Assembly: GCF_004010195.1 (NCBI RefSeq)
Contig: NC_057717.1
Coordinates: 102,686,358 to 102,722,986, forward strand
Reading direction: 5' to 3'
Length of the DNA: 36,629 nucleotides
Source of the DNA: Chiloscyllium plagiosum
Lineage: Eukaryota
A program made the translations under genes and the position numbers. A model generated the notes under the pieces. The model searched no databases. It saw only the letters and a program-made list of their open reading frames with translations, and was not told the DNA's origin. Shown here in pieces: positions 1 through 12,610 of this stretch. Numbering within the stretch: the stretch's first letter is position 1; each line of letters opens with the position of its first letter.

Positions 1-135
1 CCTCTCTATCTCTCCCTCTCCCTCCCTCTCCCCGGTCTTCCCCTCTCTGCTTCTCCCACTCTCCCCCTTTCCCCCACCTTCCTCCCTCCCTTCCTCTGTC
101 TCCCTCTCCCTCTCCCCTCTCTTTCTCCCTCACTT
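1..135. repeat. CT-rich low-complexity tract
   Basis: Almost entirely C/T. Confidence 0.9.
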
Positions 136-206
136 GTCTTGTACTAGTTCACCAATGAGTAAAAAGATACATTTCCATTTACATCACCTCACTTACAGCC
201 CCAGGT

Positions 207-562
207 CATGAGGAGTGACCTTATAGAGGTTTACAAAATCACGAGGGGCATGAATGGGTGAATATCCAAAGTCTTTTTATAGGGCAGGCCAGAGGGGTAG
301 GTTTACGGTGAGAGGGGAAATATATAAAAGAGACCGAAGAGGCAACCTTTTCACACAGAGGGTGGTACGTGTATGGAATGAGCTGCCAGAGGAAGTGGGG
401 GAGTCTGGTGCAATGACAACATTTAAAAGGCAGCTGGATGGGTATATGAATAGGAATGGTTTGGAGGGATATGGGCCAAAAGCTGGCAAATGGGACTACA
501 CTAATTTAGGATATCTGGTCGGCATGGACAAGTTGGACTGAAGGGTCTGTGTCCATGCTGAA
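207..562 (+). mobile_element. CR1-clade LINE 3' fragment (HER1-like)
   Basis: Encodes remnants of the CR1 ORF2 end (DLIEVYKI; FTQRVVRVWNELPEEV..FKRQLDGYM) followed by the 3' tail ggtcggcatggacaagttggactgaagggtctgt. Confidence 0.85.
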
Positions 563-574
563 CATCCTCGACGA

Positions 575-945
575 CATGCCAAGCAATGCAACAGTTGTTG
601 AACTGGTATCACTGTGGTAATGTAGGACAGTTTGGCATCAGTGTGAGTGACATCAAGCTGCCACAGGTAACCTGGTGCTGCTGTCCAGCTTTGGATTGAG
701 TTTAGTCATGGACATTCTGGGAGATCTCTTCGTGGAATGAGTGTGCTGGATCTTCTGAGTCTTCCTCAGAGGGCAGGCAGAACCTTGGTTCCATGAGTCA
801 TTTGAAAGATGGCACCCCTGGCAGTGTGGTGCTCCCTCAGTACTGCGCTGGAGTTGAAATGTTCGTGGGCTCAGCAGCACAAAGAGGAGATTCTTTCCTT
901 GCATGCTGAACAGTAGACGTGCGTCAAACCCTGGACTGTCAGACT
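575..945 (-). mobile_element. Degenerate DeuSINE-like (SacSINE1/AmnSINE-like) element
   Basis: gaaagatggcacc..gcagtg..ctccctcagtactgc is the reverse complement of the conserved segment as I recall it; related remnants near 10880-11000 and 32500-32540. Confidence 0.5.
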
Positions 946-1589
946 CTCCGTTTTCCGGTACCCGGGTTCTCTCTCCTCGGTGGAATCGGGATGGACGACA
1001 GAGTCCCTCCTGTCGCCTGGTCTCCCAGAGCGGGTTTGAGTCTGGTAACTGGACATATGGACTGATTGCCTATGGATCGCATATGTATCTGTGCTGAGTC
1101 TAATCCTGTTCTTCTCTGGATCACTGAGTAGGCATTCCAGGTGGAGACTGGGAGTGGGAAGTCGGCCCCCTCTTGATTTCTCTCCATACCCCCTCCCACA
1201 GGGAGCAGGAAAAAACTGGAATTCCTTTCAATGTGGGGATGGAGTTTCAGCTAGGTGGAATGTAAGCCTCTCTCTTGCTTGCTGCTGATTTTGGGCTGTG
1301 TCTGGACAGGCCAGTGTTTGTTGTGAGTGGATGAGGCCCTGTCAGAGAGTGCAAGGCCTGTCCCATGCTGATCACTTACTCACACTCACTCCCCCCCCCC
1401 CCCCCCCCCCGGTCTGATCAGACTTAGCGATGCAGTACAACTGAGCAGAAAAGTGGGTCAAGCCAGGATCTGAGTGTGTGTGGTCTGTGCAGGAGAACAA
1501 CTTGACTCGGAATGTTCAGGAGAGTTCAACGTGACTTATCCCGACTGTTTCCTCACCAATTCGAAACCAGTTTATTCCTCTCACTCTGA

Positions 1590-2225
1590 CTCTGTGTGCG
1601 TGTATAACAGAGGGTGTCTGCATATGTGTGTGTGTCTATGTGTGCCTGCCAGTGTGTATGTGTGTGTGTGTGTGAGAGAGAGAGAGAGGTTTTGTGTGTA
1701 TGTGTTTCTGCCTGTGGGTGTGAGAAAGAGCGATTGTGAGTGTGTGTGTGTTTGTGTGCCTGTTAAGTGTGTTTGTGTCTGCTTGTCTCCCTATGTGTAT
1801 GGCGAGTGTGTGTATCTACTATCTGTTCTCATTCTTTCTCACTATCTGACTGTCTCTCTTTCATTGTCTCTATCTCTTCTCTTTCTCTTTTTCTTTCTCT
1901 AGCTGTTTTTTTATTCCTTCTCGCTCTCTATCTGACAACTTGGCTCTTTCTCTCTCTCTCTACTATCTGTTCTCTCATTCTTTCTTGCTCTCTATCTGAC
2001 TCTGCCTCTGCGCCTCAGTCTGCCATCAGATTCTCTTGTTTTCTCATTATTTTCTCTCTCTCTTTGTCTCTCTGTTGTGTCCTCTCTCTCTCTCTATCTC
2101 TATCTCTCTCTCTCTCTCGCTGTGTCAGATCTCCTTCCCATTTGTGTCCACCCCTTCACTGTGTGGTTGGGCACTGCCTGGGGTTAGTTTTATCTCTGTG
2201 ATTGCCACTCTCTCTGTCTCTCTGA
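1590..2225. repeat. Compound degenerate microsatellite, (TG)n then (CT)n
   Basis: Visible directly; explains the VC- and LS-rich ORFs. Confidence 0.9.
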
Positions 2226-2799
2226 GTCTGCCTGGTGCTTTTCCAGGCACCATCAGGTTGTGGAGAGGTCGATGTTTTGGGTGTAACCCTTCTTCAGGTG
2301 CTTTTCCAGCCTGTGTGCACTCAGTTGTGGTGAAAGCGTAGGTTTTGTTTTGTTTCTGTGGAACTCTCCTGTTTATCAGTTTTACAAACATTGTAACTGG
2401 GGGAAGCAGCAGCTGTTTGGGTGGAGAGGTTGGAGTGTGTGATAAAACCACCAGGAATACATCCAAGTGGAGTTGCCAAGTGTCAGTATTTGCGATTGGG
2501 GTTAAAACTCCCTCACTGCCTGCTCCTCTGGATGTGTTGTTGCAGTGTGCAGATACCTATCCCCCTGCCTTTCTACGCCTCTGGCTGAGCAAATCCAAGT
2601 TTCTCAAGTTCAGATCACAGGATTGTTCGGGTGCAGAATGAAGCCATTCAGCCTGCAGTGTCTGGTCTAGCCCTGGGTGCATTTTGAGTTGGTGCCTCTA
2701 ACCCTGCACAGAGGCAAAGTCAGCCACATCCGAGTCCAACACAGGCACCCCTCATCATGTCCTGCACTGAGAGTCGTAGAGTCACATGATCAGGTGGTA

Positions 2800-3073
2800 G
2801 CATCGCAAGTAGCAGATGGGCAGAATTTGAATTCAGTAACTATCTGGAATTAAGGGTCTAATGATGACCATGAATGCATTCCTGATTGTTGGAAAAACCC
2901 ATCTGGTTCACTCATGTCCTTCAGGGCAGAAAACTGCCTGCTCTAACCTACATGTGACTCCAGACCCACAGCTGTGGGGTTGACTCCTAACTGCCCTCAG
3001 TGCAATTAGGGATGGGCAATAAATGCTGGGCCCAGCCAGTGATCCCACATCCCATGAATGAATGAACAAAAAA
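2800..3073 (+). mobile_element. SINE family B (tRNA-type head, LINE-derived tail)
   Basis: Core ctacatgtgactccagacccacag..gcaattagggatgggcaataaatgctgg..cccatgaatgaa recurs at 12150, 16290, 23532 and 24110. Confidence 0.75.
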
Positions 3074-3164
3074 TACAGCATGGAATTAGACCCTTCAATG
3101 CAACACATCTGTGCTTAAAAGTTCCCATTGAAATAGCCATCGGATGGTCTCTGAAATGCTTTAG

Positions 3165-3690
3165 TTAAACCTCACAACACCAGGTTATAGTCCAACAGAT
3201 TTATTTGAAATTTTTTGGAGCGCTGCTCCTTCATCAGGTAGCTTGTGGGACAGGAACATCGGACACAGAATTTATAGTAAACAATCAAAGTGTCATACAA
3301 CTGATGCGATGTATTGAACAAACCGAGACTGCTGTTAAGTCTTTAATCACTCAGAATGATGCCGGTTTCAAATCATTAATATGTAAAACCCAGAACTTCT
3401 TTCAAATCACGGCCCTGAGATAATTTAAGGTTTTATCAGTATCTTAAAAAAAAAAGGTGACATCTCAGTTCAGACAATGCGTTAAAGGCGTGAGGTTAGA
3501 GTCTGTTTGTATCCCAACCTGGAGTCAGACTGGTTCTGTTACCAAAGTAGGAGTTTATAAAATGTCACATTGACTGACCTTAAGTTATCTCCAAAAGCTA
3601 GTGCTTCCAAATAAATCTGTTGGGCTATAATCTGGTGTTGTGTGATTTTTAACTTTGTATACCCCAGTCCAACACCGGCTCCTCCACACC
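3165..3690. mobile_element. Penelope-like remnant, family B, inverted arms around about 330 nt of internal sequence
   Basis: Arms cacaacaccaggttatagtccaacag / ctgttgggctataatctggtgttgtg; decayed hammerhead (ctgatgaaggagc..gctcc) on the minus strand near 3215-3240. Confidence 0.65.
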
Positions 3691-4067
3691 TTGTCTCCAT
3701 CACTACTGCAGGGTGGTGTGATAAAGTTTGTTCTCATCTCGCTCTTGCATTTTTTACGAAGCACTTTAAATCTGTGCCCCACGATTCCCCACTTTAAAGC
3801 ATCCTAAACCTCTCTGATTGACGCTTAATGTTCTTACCTGATCTGATGATCAGCTACTGTGATTATGATGCTCCTTTTTACTTCCATTACATATGGATAA
3901 GTTTGGGCCATGCTTCCTAAATATTTCCATGAGGTTTTATCGCAGGACCTGGTATGTACATGTGTACTGTTCAATCTCAGGCATTCGTGTGTCTTAGCTT
4001 ACAGTAAACATGGTGGAATACTTCCCAGATCATGGCAAGCTGGAAGAGGTACTCGAAAATAGTAGTC

Positions 4068-4255
4068 GTGATTTGGAGATGTCGGTGTTGGACTGGGGTG
4101 GACAAAGTTAAAAATTACACAACACCAGGTTATAGTCCAACAGGTTTATTTGAAAGCACTGGCTTGACACCTGACAAAGGAGCAGCATTCCGAAAGCTAG
4201 TGCTTCTCGATAAACCTGGTGGACTATAACCTGGTGTTGTGTGATTTTTGACTTA
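4068..4255. mobile_element. Penelope-like palindromic remnant, family B
   Basis: Same inverted arms; central decayed hammerhead ctgacaaaggagcagcattccgaaagcta. Confidence 0.7.
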
Positions 4256-4354
4256 GAAAAATAGAGACTGATATCTTTGTACTAATAGGTCATATGCCAT
4301 GATACAGTAATAACATCAAGACTCTTGAAGAGTCCAGTATCTTCATCTGCTGCA

Positions 4355-4666
4355 AGATTAGATTAGATTAGATTACAGTGTGGAAACAGGCCGTTCGGCC
4401 CAACAAGTCCACACAGACCCGCCGAAGCGCAAACCATCCATACCCCTACATTTACCCCTTACCTAACACTACGGGCAATTTAGCATGGCCAATTCACCTA
4501 ACCTGCACATCTTTGGACTGTGGGAGGAAACCGGAGCACCCGGAGGAAACCCACGCTGACACGGGGAGAACGTGCAAACTCCACACAGTCACCTGAGGCG
4601 GGAATTGAACCCGGGTCTCTGGTGCTGTGAGGCAGCAGTGCTAACCACTGTGCCACCGTGCCGCCC
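4355..4666 (-). mobile_element. V-SINE (HE1-like), full length
   Basis: Minus strand has A box ggtggcacagtggttagc, B box ggttcaattcc, V domain gtgggtttcctccgggtgctccggtttcctcccac and a (AATCT)n tail. Confidence 0.9.
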
Positions 4667-4674
4667 ACAAGATG

Positions 4675-5030
4675 TAACATATCAGACTGATTCCTGGGAT
4701 GGCAGATGAATGAAGAGAGACTAGATTGAGGACTATATTCACTGGAGTTCAGAGAAATGAAGGGAATGTCAGAAACCTGGAAAATTCTGACAGGACTAGA
4801 CAGGGGAAACACAGGAAGGATATTCCCGATGACTGGGGAGTTCAGAACCAGGGGTCAAAGTCTAAAGGTACAGGGTAGGCCAATTCGGACTGAGCTGTGG
4901 GGAAATGTCTTCACCCAGAGAGTTGGCGGGGGAAGGGGGTCTGTGGAAGTCTCTGCTATAGAAAACAGTTGAGGCCAAAACATTGAATGTTTTCGAGAAG
5001 GAGTTAGATGTAACTCTTGGGGCTATAGAG
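4675..5030 (+). mobile_element. CR1 LINE 3' ORF2 fragment
   Basis: Remnant translation EERLD..GLYSLEFR..KILTGLDR..TRG.SLK..FTQRV. Confidence 0.8.
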
Positions 5031-5857
5031 TGTTTAACCAGAATCCTGAATAATTACTTTTTCCGTGCCATTGATTTGCATCTGACAGCCTTGGACCATG
5101 ATCCTTTGTGACATGCCAATGGCTGTTCCCTCCCAGTTCTTGGAGATTTGCCCTTGGTTTATTCGTAGCTCCTGTTTTCCCCGGGAATTCCATTCCTCTG
5201 GCTCTTTCCCTCTCCTGAATGCTCGACAGGCGCGAGATCCTAATTTTTTTGGCGAATGCTCGCAAATCCCAGGCTCCTATGTTGAGTGGTGCAGGTGCAG
5301 AATCATAATGAGCTTTCAGTTCCAGGGAATTTCTGCATCCCTGTGTTCAGCTCTGATGTTTGTAGTTGATGGAATGAAGTGCAGGAATCGGAGGGTGGGG
5401 TGGAGGCAAGTTGCATACATTCAACGCATGAAATCCTTTCAATTCTTCCAGTAAATGGTGTAACTTGATCCTGAGTGGGCCCATAGAGAACAAAAGGGGC
5501 TTTCTGTGCTCTGATCTTTCGGTTCTAATTGAGTCAGTGACTAAATATTTGACAAAGGGCCTAATTTCTTCTCAGAATTTTAAAGAGCAAGGTTCAAGGG
5601 TTTTTTTTGGAATTTTTTGATTTGTGTGTGTGTGTGTCTGACTATCCCTGTGCCTAGGGCAGGCTCTCTGCTTCAGTTGAAAATAGAATGAGTGTACCAG
5701 ACTGACTGGATTGCAACTCATTGATTCCCCACATTAACCAATCCCCTTTATGGTAAAGTTTGGGTTTGTTCTTTCATAAACAAAACAAGAATTACCTTCA
5801 GGGAAAAAAGGGCTGAATTGAAAAGTGAATCAATTCTGGCAATCCCTATCCAGTGAT

Positions 5858-6680
5858 GTCTGTGTGTATTGACATGTGAGCTGTATGTGTGTGTCTCTGT
5901 GTATTTATGTCTGTTTGCCTTTGCATGTGTGACTGAGGATGCATCTGTCTGTCTTTACCTGTGAATGTGTGTGTTCACCTTTTTGTGTGAACCTGCCACT
6001 GCCTGTGTGTGTCACTCTCATGATCTGTCTTTGCATGTATCTGTGCGTGTCTGTGTCTGCTTATCTTGGTATGTGCCTTAGTGTGGCCCTGTTTGCCTTT
6101 GGGTTTGTGTGTGTCTGTGCATGTGTGCACCTGTGTGTATCTTGCCGTGTTTGTCTATGCTGGTATTATCTGTGTTTGTGTGTATTACTAATGTTTGTCT
6201 GTATGTAGGTAGTGTGTGTGTGTGTACTGCCAGTGTTTCTTTTTTTAGATTTTAGATTAGATTCCCTACAGTGTGGAAACAGGCCCTTTGGCCCAACAAG
6301 TCCACACCAACCCTCCGAAGAGTAACCCACACCCCCCCGCCAATGCACCTAACAACTATGGACAATTTAGCATGGCCAATTTACCTAACCTGCACATCTT
6401 TGGAATGTGAGAGGAAACCGGATCACCCGGAGGAAACCCACGCCGACATGGGGAGAATGTGCAAACTCCACACAGATAGTCACTGTGTGTGTGTGTGTGT
6501 GTATGTGTATGGGTATGTGTGTGTACACTGCCTGTGTGTATGTGTGTGTACTGCCAGTGTTCCTCTGTGTGTGTGTGTGTACTGCCAGTGTTTGTCTGTT
6601 TGTAGATATTGTCTGTGTGTGTATATACTGCCAGTGTTTCTGTGTGTGTCTGTCTGTCTCTCTGTCCGTGTATACACTGG
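5858..6680. repeat. Degenerate (TG)n region with recurring tactgccagtgtt motif, interrupted by a SINE
   Basis: Visible directly. Confidence 0.85.
6247..6484 (-). mobile_element. V-SINE, lacking the tRNA head
   Basis: Tail and V domain similar to 4355-4666. Confidence 0.85.
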
Positions 6681-7181
6681 CTACATGTCTATGCACATCA
6701 GCTCCTATGTACGTCTGTGGAATATTGGCTGATGCCACCTGTAGCCAAATAGCCTGCTGAAAAATGGCCAATGTTAACATTTGTAGAGCATTTTCCCCAG
6801 CAGCAATTCACAGCTCCCAGGGGTGGAAGAGAGGGAAAATCCTCCTTGGTGTCCTCCATGGATCTGTGTTTGTGTATGTCTCCTCTGGCCCCTTGGAATG
6901 TAACTGAAGGTACTGCTCTGAAAATCATTCAAATGGAGCTGAACCGTGAATCACTGCCTGGGCTTTCCTGAGTGACTGATTTCAGCAGGGAAATGAGCAA
7001 TAGAATCAGGAGGGCTTGTTAGTAAAACAGCAATGTATTATATTTTAGAAAAGTAATTATAAAAAGAAGGATCAATTAAATCTCAGGGACTAAATAAATA
7101 GCAAGGCTGATTTGAAAGAGTCGGTTATGTTTATGAAGCACATCATCAGGGATGAAGGGATGTTGTAGGTCACTTTGCATT

Positions 7182-7510
7182 CATAGAATCCCTACACTGT
7201 GGAAGCAGGCCATTCGGCCCATCGAGTCCGAACTGACCATCCAAAGAGCATCCCACCCCCTATCACTGTAACTCTGGATTTTCCATGGCTAACCCAGCCA
7301 GCCTGTACATTTCTGAACACTGCGGGTGACTTCCCATAGCCAATCCCCCCTAACCTGCACATCTTTGGATTGTGGGAGGAAACCGGAGCACCCAGAGGAA
7401 ACTCACGCAGAGACGGGGAGAGCGTGCACACAGACAATCGCCCGAGGCTAGGGTCGAACCCGGATCCCTGGCTCCGTGAGGCAGTACTGCTAACCACTGA
7501 GCCACCGTGC
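7182..7510 (-). mobile_element. V-SINE with internally duplicated segment of about 53 bp
   Basis: A/B boxes, V domain and two copies of ccat.gc.aa.c...c.a.cctg.acat. Confidence 0.85.
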
Positions 7511-7699
7511 AACCCTGAGTTATGGCATATGGGACAATAAGCAGACTTTGAGAGGCTGAGTAGCATCAAGCTCTACTTTATGCTCCGAAGGTCTAGCTGT
7601 TACTGCTACACTGCAGTGCTGACCTTTGGCAGACCCTTCAGAAGACTCAGAGCTGGTCACTCAGCCACATGGAAGTGGTGGGCATGAGGGCGGGTGGGT

Positions 7700-7910
7700 G
7701 CTATCGCTTAGCTCAGTTGGCTGGATGGCTAGTTTGTGATGCAGAGGGATGCTAACAGCTTGGGTTCAATTCCAGCTCTCGCTGACGTATACCTTGAAGG
7801 ACCCTCCTTCTCAACCTCTCCCTTCCCCTGCGACATGGTGACCCTCAGGATAAGCATCCATCAGTCATATCTCTCTTTCTAATGAGTCTTTCGAGGGCAA
7901 CTTTACCCTT
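7700..7910 (+). mobile_element. tRNA-derived SINE family C
   Basis: A box tagctcagttgg, B box ggttcaattcc; body ccttctcaacctctccc..ggtgaccctcagg shared with the copy at 18325. Confidence 0.7.
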
Positions 7911-8611
7911 CATCGTCAGACAGCATGGAGTGATCGCTGCTCTATTCTTAGATTGAATGGCTGGTTTTAAAGGGTTAAATGGACCGGAAAATTTGTGACG
8001 GTTCTAGCTTCAGTGGGCAGACTGACGATGAGGTGAGGCTCCCCTGGCGACGTAGGGGTTAATTTAAAGGGAAAAGCCACCCCGGTTCTCAAAGTCTGAC
8101 CGTGTTTGCTTCCCTTTGAAAGCTTCTTGTGGACGTGGGGACCTGACCCTGAGATTCTCTGTGGCAGCTTTTACTTGGCAATGGGTTGAAGGGATACAGA
8201 GGTCTGCCTGACTGAGTGGCATACAGGGGCAAAATCTATTCTAGAAAAGGGGAAGCTTGTGAGGGATGGGAGGAGAGGAAAAAGAAGGAATCTCCGTGGG
8301 AACGGGTTCCTAAATAGGCGAAGCTGAATCATCACAACTCCGAGGAGAGTGGAATGATTGATGACAGGGAGAATCCCTGCAGACTCTAATTACTTCTCCA
8401 TGTTGTGTTTTGTGAGTGCGCAGTGTGAAAGCCGAAGCCTTTATTCTCTCGCTGAAACTTGATGAGGAGTTGTAACCCTGTACCACGAGAAATGCTGGAG
8501 GATTCGTCTGCTCTTGAAAGGCTTTTTTCAACGATTTCACGGGATTTGAGGGTCACAGGCAAGGCCGGGCTGTGCAGACGGTGCTGGTTGTCGTTGGAGG
8601 ATGAGTTAGGC

Positions 8612-8903
8612 AGAAAGTGTGTATTGCAGATGCTGGAGATCAGAATCAAGATTAGAGTGGTGCTGGAAAAGCACAGCAGGTCAGGCAGCATCGGAGCAGC
8701 AGGAAACTCGACGTGTTGGGCAAAAGCACTTCATCGCCATAGAGGAGCAGAATGAGGCCATTTGGCCCATCGATATGCTTCCTAAAGAAGGGCTTATGCT
8801 TGAAATTTCGATTCTCCTGCTCCTCGGATGCTGCCAGACCTGCTGTGCTTTTCCAGCAGCACACTCTCAACTTTAATCTCCAGCATCTGCATTCCTCACT
8901 TTT
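8612..8903. mobile_element. Penelope-like palindromic remnant, family A
   Basis: Inverted arms gcagatgctggagat..gctggaaaagcacagcaggtc.ggcagcatc and their reverse complement; decayed hammerhead cores at the centre. Confidence 0.7.
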
Positions 8904-8981
8904 GCCTGTAATGCTCCTCACCCCTATTTTCCTGCCTTCTCTCTATATCCTTTCAACCCATTACAATTAAAAATTGAAGCG

Positions 8982-10212
8982 AGGGTGGATTGGCCATTGG
9001 AAATTGTCCCTTAGTGTGCAGGGAAGTGTAGGTTAGGGTGGATTGGCTATGGGAAATTGCCCTGTAGTGTGCAGGGATGTGTAGGTTATGGTGGATTGGC
9101 CATGGGAAATTGTCCCTTAGTGTGCAGGGAAGTGTAGGTTAGGGTGGATTGGCCATGGAAAATTGCCCTGTAGTGTGCAGGGATGTGTAGGTTAGGGTGG
9201 ATTGGCCATGGGAAATTGCCCTGTAGTGTGCAGGGATGTATAGGTTAGGGTGGATTGGCCATGGGAAATTGCCCTGTAGTGTGCAGGGATGTGTAGGTTA
9301 GGGTGGATTGGCCATGGGAAATTGCCCTGTTGTTTGCAGGGATGTGTAGGTTCAGGTGGATTGGCCATGGGAAATTGCCCTGTAGTGTGCAGGGATGTGT
9401 AGGTTAGGGTGGATTGGTCATGGGAAATTGCCCAGTGGTGTGCAGGGGTGTGTAGGTTAGGGTAGATTGGCCATGGGAAATTGTCCTGTAGTATGCAGGG
9501 ATGTGTAGGTTAGGGTGGATTGTCATGGGAAATTGCCCTGTAGTGTGCAGGGATGTATAGGTTAGGGTGGATTGGCCATAGGAAATTGCCCTGTAGTGTG
9601 CAGGGATGTGTAGGTTTTGGTGCATTGGCCAGGAAATTGCCCTGCAGTGTGCAGGGATGTGTAGGTTAGGGTGGATTGGCCATGGGAAATTGCCCTGTTG
9701 TGTGCAGGGATGTGTAGGTTCAGGTGGATTAGCCATGGGAAATTGCCCAGTGGTGTGCAGGGGTGTGTAGGTTAGGGTGGATTGTCATGGGAAATTGCCC
9801 TGTAGTGTGCAGGGATGTATAGGTTAGGGTGGATTGGCCATAGGAAATTGCCCTGTAGAGTTCAGGGATGTGTAGGTTAGGGTGGATTGGCCATGGGAAA
9901 TTGTCCCGTAGTGTGCCAGGATGTGTGGGTTAGGGTGGATTGGCCATGGGAAATTACCCTGTAGTGTGCAGAAATGTGTAGGTTCGTTGTGGATTGGCCA
10001 TGGGAAATTGCCCCTTAGCGTGCAGGGATGTGTAGGTTAGAGTGGATTAGACATGGGAAATAGCCCTGTAGTGTGCCGGAATGTGTAGGTTAGAGTGGAT
10101 TGGCCATGGGCAATTGCCCTGTAGTGTACAGGGATGTGTAGATTAGGGTGGATTGGCCATGGGAAAATACCCTGTAGTGTGCCGGGGTGTGTAGTTTAGG
10201 GTAGATTAGCCT
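8982..10212 (+). repeat. Minisatellite, 53-bp unit, about 23 copies, derived from a V-SINE internal segment
   Basis: Unit gtaggttagggtggattggccatgggaaattgccctgtagtgtgcagggatgt; unit starts at 9028, 9081, 9134 and onward; runs into a normal SINE 3' tail (10213-10335). Confidence 0.95.
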
Positions 10213-10335
10213 TGGGGGACAAAATGCAGAGTAATGGGGATGATGTAGGGGTGTGGATCTTGGTGTGATACTCTTCGGAGGCTCAGTGTGGACTTGTTGG
10301 GCCAAATGGCCTGTTTCCATGTTGTAGGGATTCTA

Positions 10336-10550
10336 TTAGGGCTGAAATGAGGAGAAATGTCTTCACCCAAAGAATCTGTAGAATTCTTTGCCACAGAAAG
10401 TAGTCGAGGCCAAAACATTGTGTGTTTGCCATGTGGCTAAATGAGCGATATGGGGGGGGGAGGAAAGGAGGGGGATTAGGGTATTGAGCTCGGTAATCAT
10501 GGTAAATGGAGGTGCAGGCTCAAGGAGCCCATTTGGCCAATTATGCTTTC
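10336..10550 (+). mobile_element. CR1 LINE 3' end fragment
   Basis: gaaatgaggagaaatgtcttcacccaaaga..ggaggtgcaggctcaagg. Confidence 0.65.
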
Positions 10551-12149
10551 CCAACCAGTATCAGGACTGGGTACCAAGCCCCTGCTTTAACCCCAACCCC
10601 AGCACATTATTCCTATGCATGCAATCATCTGGTGCCCCTCTTCAGTGTCTCAATTGAACCTTAGTCCACCACAGTTCAAAGCAGAATTCTAGATCCTACT
10701 GACAGGGGATTGATCCATTTCCGATGAAGATGAGGTGACTTCAGTGGAATCCCAGAGAAAAAAGGATTGTTTGAAAAAAAAAACAGTCCATTTTATTGTG
10801 AAGCGATTGCAGTGCACTAGAGTTCCATTTGTAGGTTCACAGGATGAGTGGAACTGTTGCATGTTGTAAATTGTACCCGTCTTTCCCTCTGGTCGCCCAC
10901 GTCCTTCCCTTGGAATAGTGCCGTGCCCTCCTGAGAGAGTAGATGGGTGCTCGGTTGACTGTCTGAATGCCCGCACCTCCGTTAGGGTGACACTGCACTA
11001 GCTCACCGGAGCAGGAACACACCCTGAGTCTCCGCCAGGGGCAAGGCGTGAGTTCACAGCCCTCTGACTCAGAGGTGGGAGGAGTGAGCTCGAAGTTACC
11101 CCTACCCTTCCAGCTGGAAATGACCCCGCTCCTGTCTGGACTGCTCTGATATGGATGGAATGTTGGCTCTGCTCGCAACAAATGAGCTGTCAGCCTAACT
11201 CTTGTTTTTATTTCGCTCTCGTCTCTGTTCAACACTCTTCCAGGGGATCACCCTCTCCGCTTGAAGACATGAGTCAGCATTTCTGCATTGGCACATGTGA
11301 ATTGTCAAGTCCGATGGGGAGAGCCGCGTTAATTTAACAAGGTTACATAAGAAATCGGAGGGGAGCAGGCCACTCTGCCCCTCCTTCCCAATTCTGCGGA
11401 ATCCTGGCTTGCTTAATTGTGGCCGCAACGACTTGTAACAGTGCCTCTCTTTCTCTCTGCAGGTGGGCTGCTGGGTTTCTCCCGTCGGTTCTCGTTTCAA
11501 TTTCCCACACCCACCATGTTTTGGGGGCTTTGATCATGGCGTCAAGGCCATTTTCTCATTTTGACTCCTTTGCTGGTTAAATATCTGTCCAAGGCTGCCC
11601 CGAATGCATTCCGTGACCCAATCCCTCTCCGGGGAGGAGTTTTCAAAGAGTACTGACCCTTTTGGGAGACAGCATTTCTTATTTGACGTGTCCTGAACGG
11701 GGCACCACACTTTATTTTGAAATTGTAGCTCCTAATTTCAGTTACCCCCCCCCCACAAGGAGGACCATCCTGTCAGCCTGTAGTGTGTAAAAGCCCCCTC
11801 AGAATCAGTGAGGACACCTCACATTTTTTTAAACTCCAATGAATGGGGGCCCCAATTTTTCCAGGGATGTTAAATCATTGCTCCAATTGCCAATTGCACT
11901 GCGTTTGTGGAAAAGCTTCGTATTTCAACCCCAGTCGGCTTATAATTAAATAAACCACAAATTGCCGATACTGAAGATCTGAAGCAAAACCAGAAAGTGC
12001 TGGAGAAACTCAGCAGCTCTGGCAGCATCCATGGAGAGAGAAAAAAACAGAGTTAACTTCTTGGGAACTAATAGCAATTGAGGATACGGAAGGACTGACA
12101 TCCATAGGAGGGTATAAAACTGGAGAGAGCAAGGGAAGAGATGAGGGTC

Positions 12150-12482
12150 TTTTCCTATTCATTCACAGGATGAGGACGTTTCTGGCTAGCCAGCATTTAT
12201 TGCCCATCCCTAATTGCCCAGAATTAGGAGTCAACCACATTGCTGTGGGTCTGGAGTTATGTCTTGGCTCAGACCAGGTAAGGATGGCAGTTTCCTTCCC
12301 TAAAGGACATTAATGAACCAGATGGGTTTTCTCTGATATTTAGCAATGATCATCATCAGACTCTTGATCCCAAATTGTTCCTGAATTCAAGTTCCACCAT
12401 CTGCCATGGCAGGATTTGAACCCAGGCCTCCAGAGCATTACCTGGATTAATAGTCCAGCAATAATACAACTCCGCTATTGCC
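12150..12482 (-). mobile_element. SINE family B
   Basis: Reverse complement of 2800-3073, with B box (ggatttgaaccc on +). Confidence 0.75.
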
Positions 12483-12610
12483 TAACCACCCCCCTCCCCC
12501 CCTCTCCGCCACATGGAATGTATGTAGTGAGTTAGATGTTGCTAAACTCGCATTATCAAAGGCTGCTGAGTTTACAAGGAAGATTGACGAGGGCTCCCCA
12601 GTTGTGCAGA

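Noticed and set aside
1474..2341. Long VC/LS-rich ORFs, also at 5939-6780, 21970-22468, 27923-28840 and 34548-35383
   Set aside because: These are translations of TG/CA/CT microsatellites. Only the GMLLPGPAGPQGPQ piece of 28001-28840 is a real exon.
8982..10212. Regular repeat array resembling a CRISPR or a repetitive ORF (9404-9736)
   Set aside because: Units are contiguous with no unique spacers, the context is eukaryotic, and the unit derives from a SINE.
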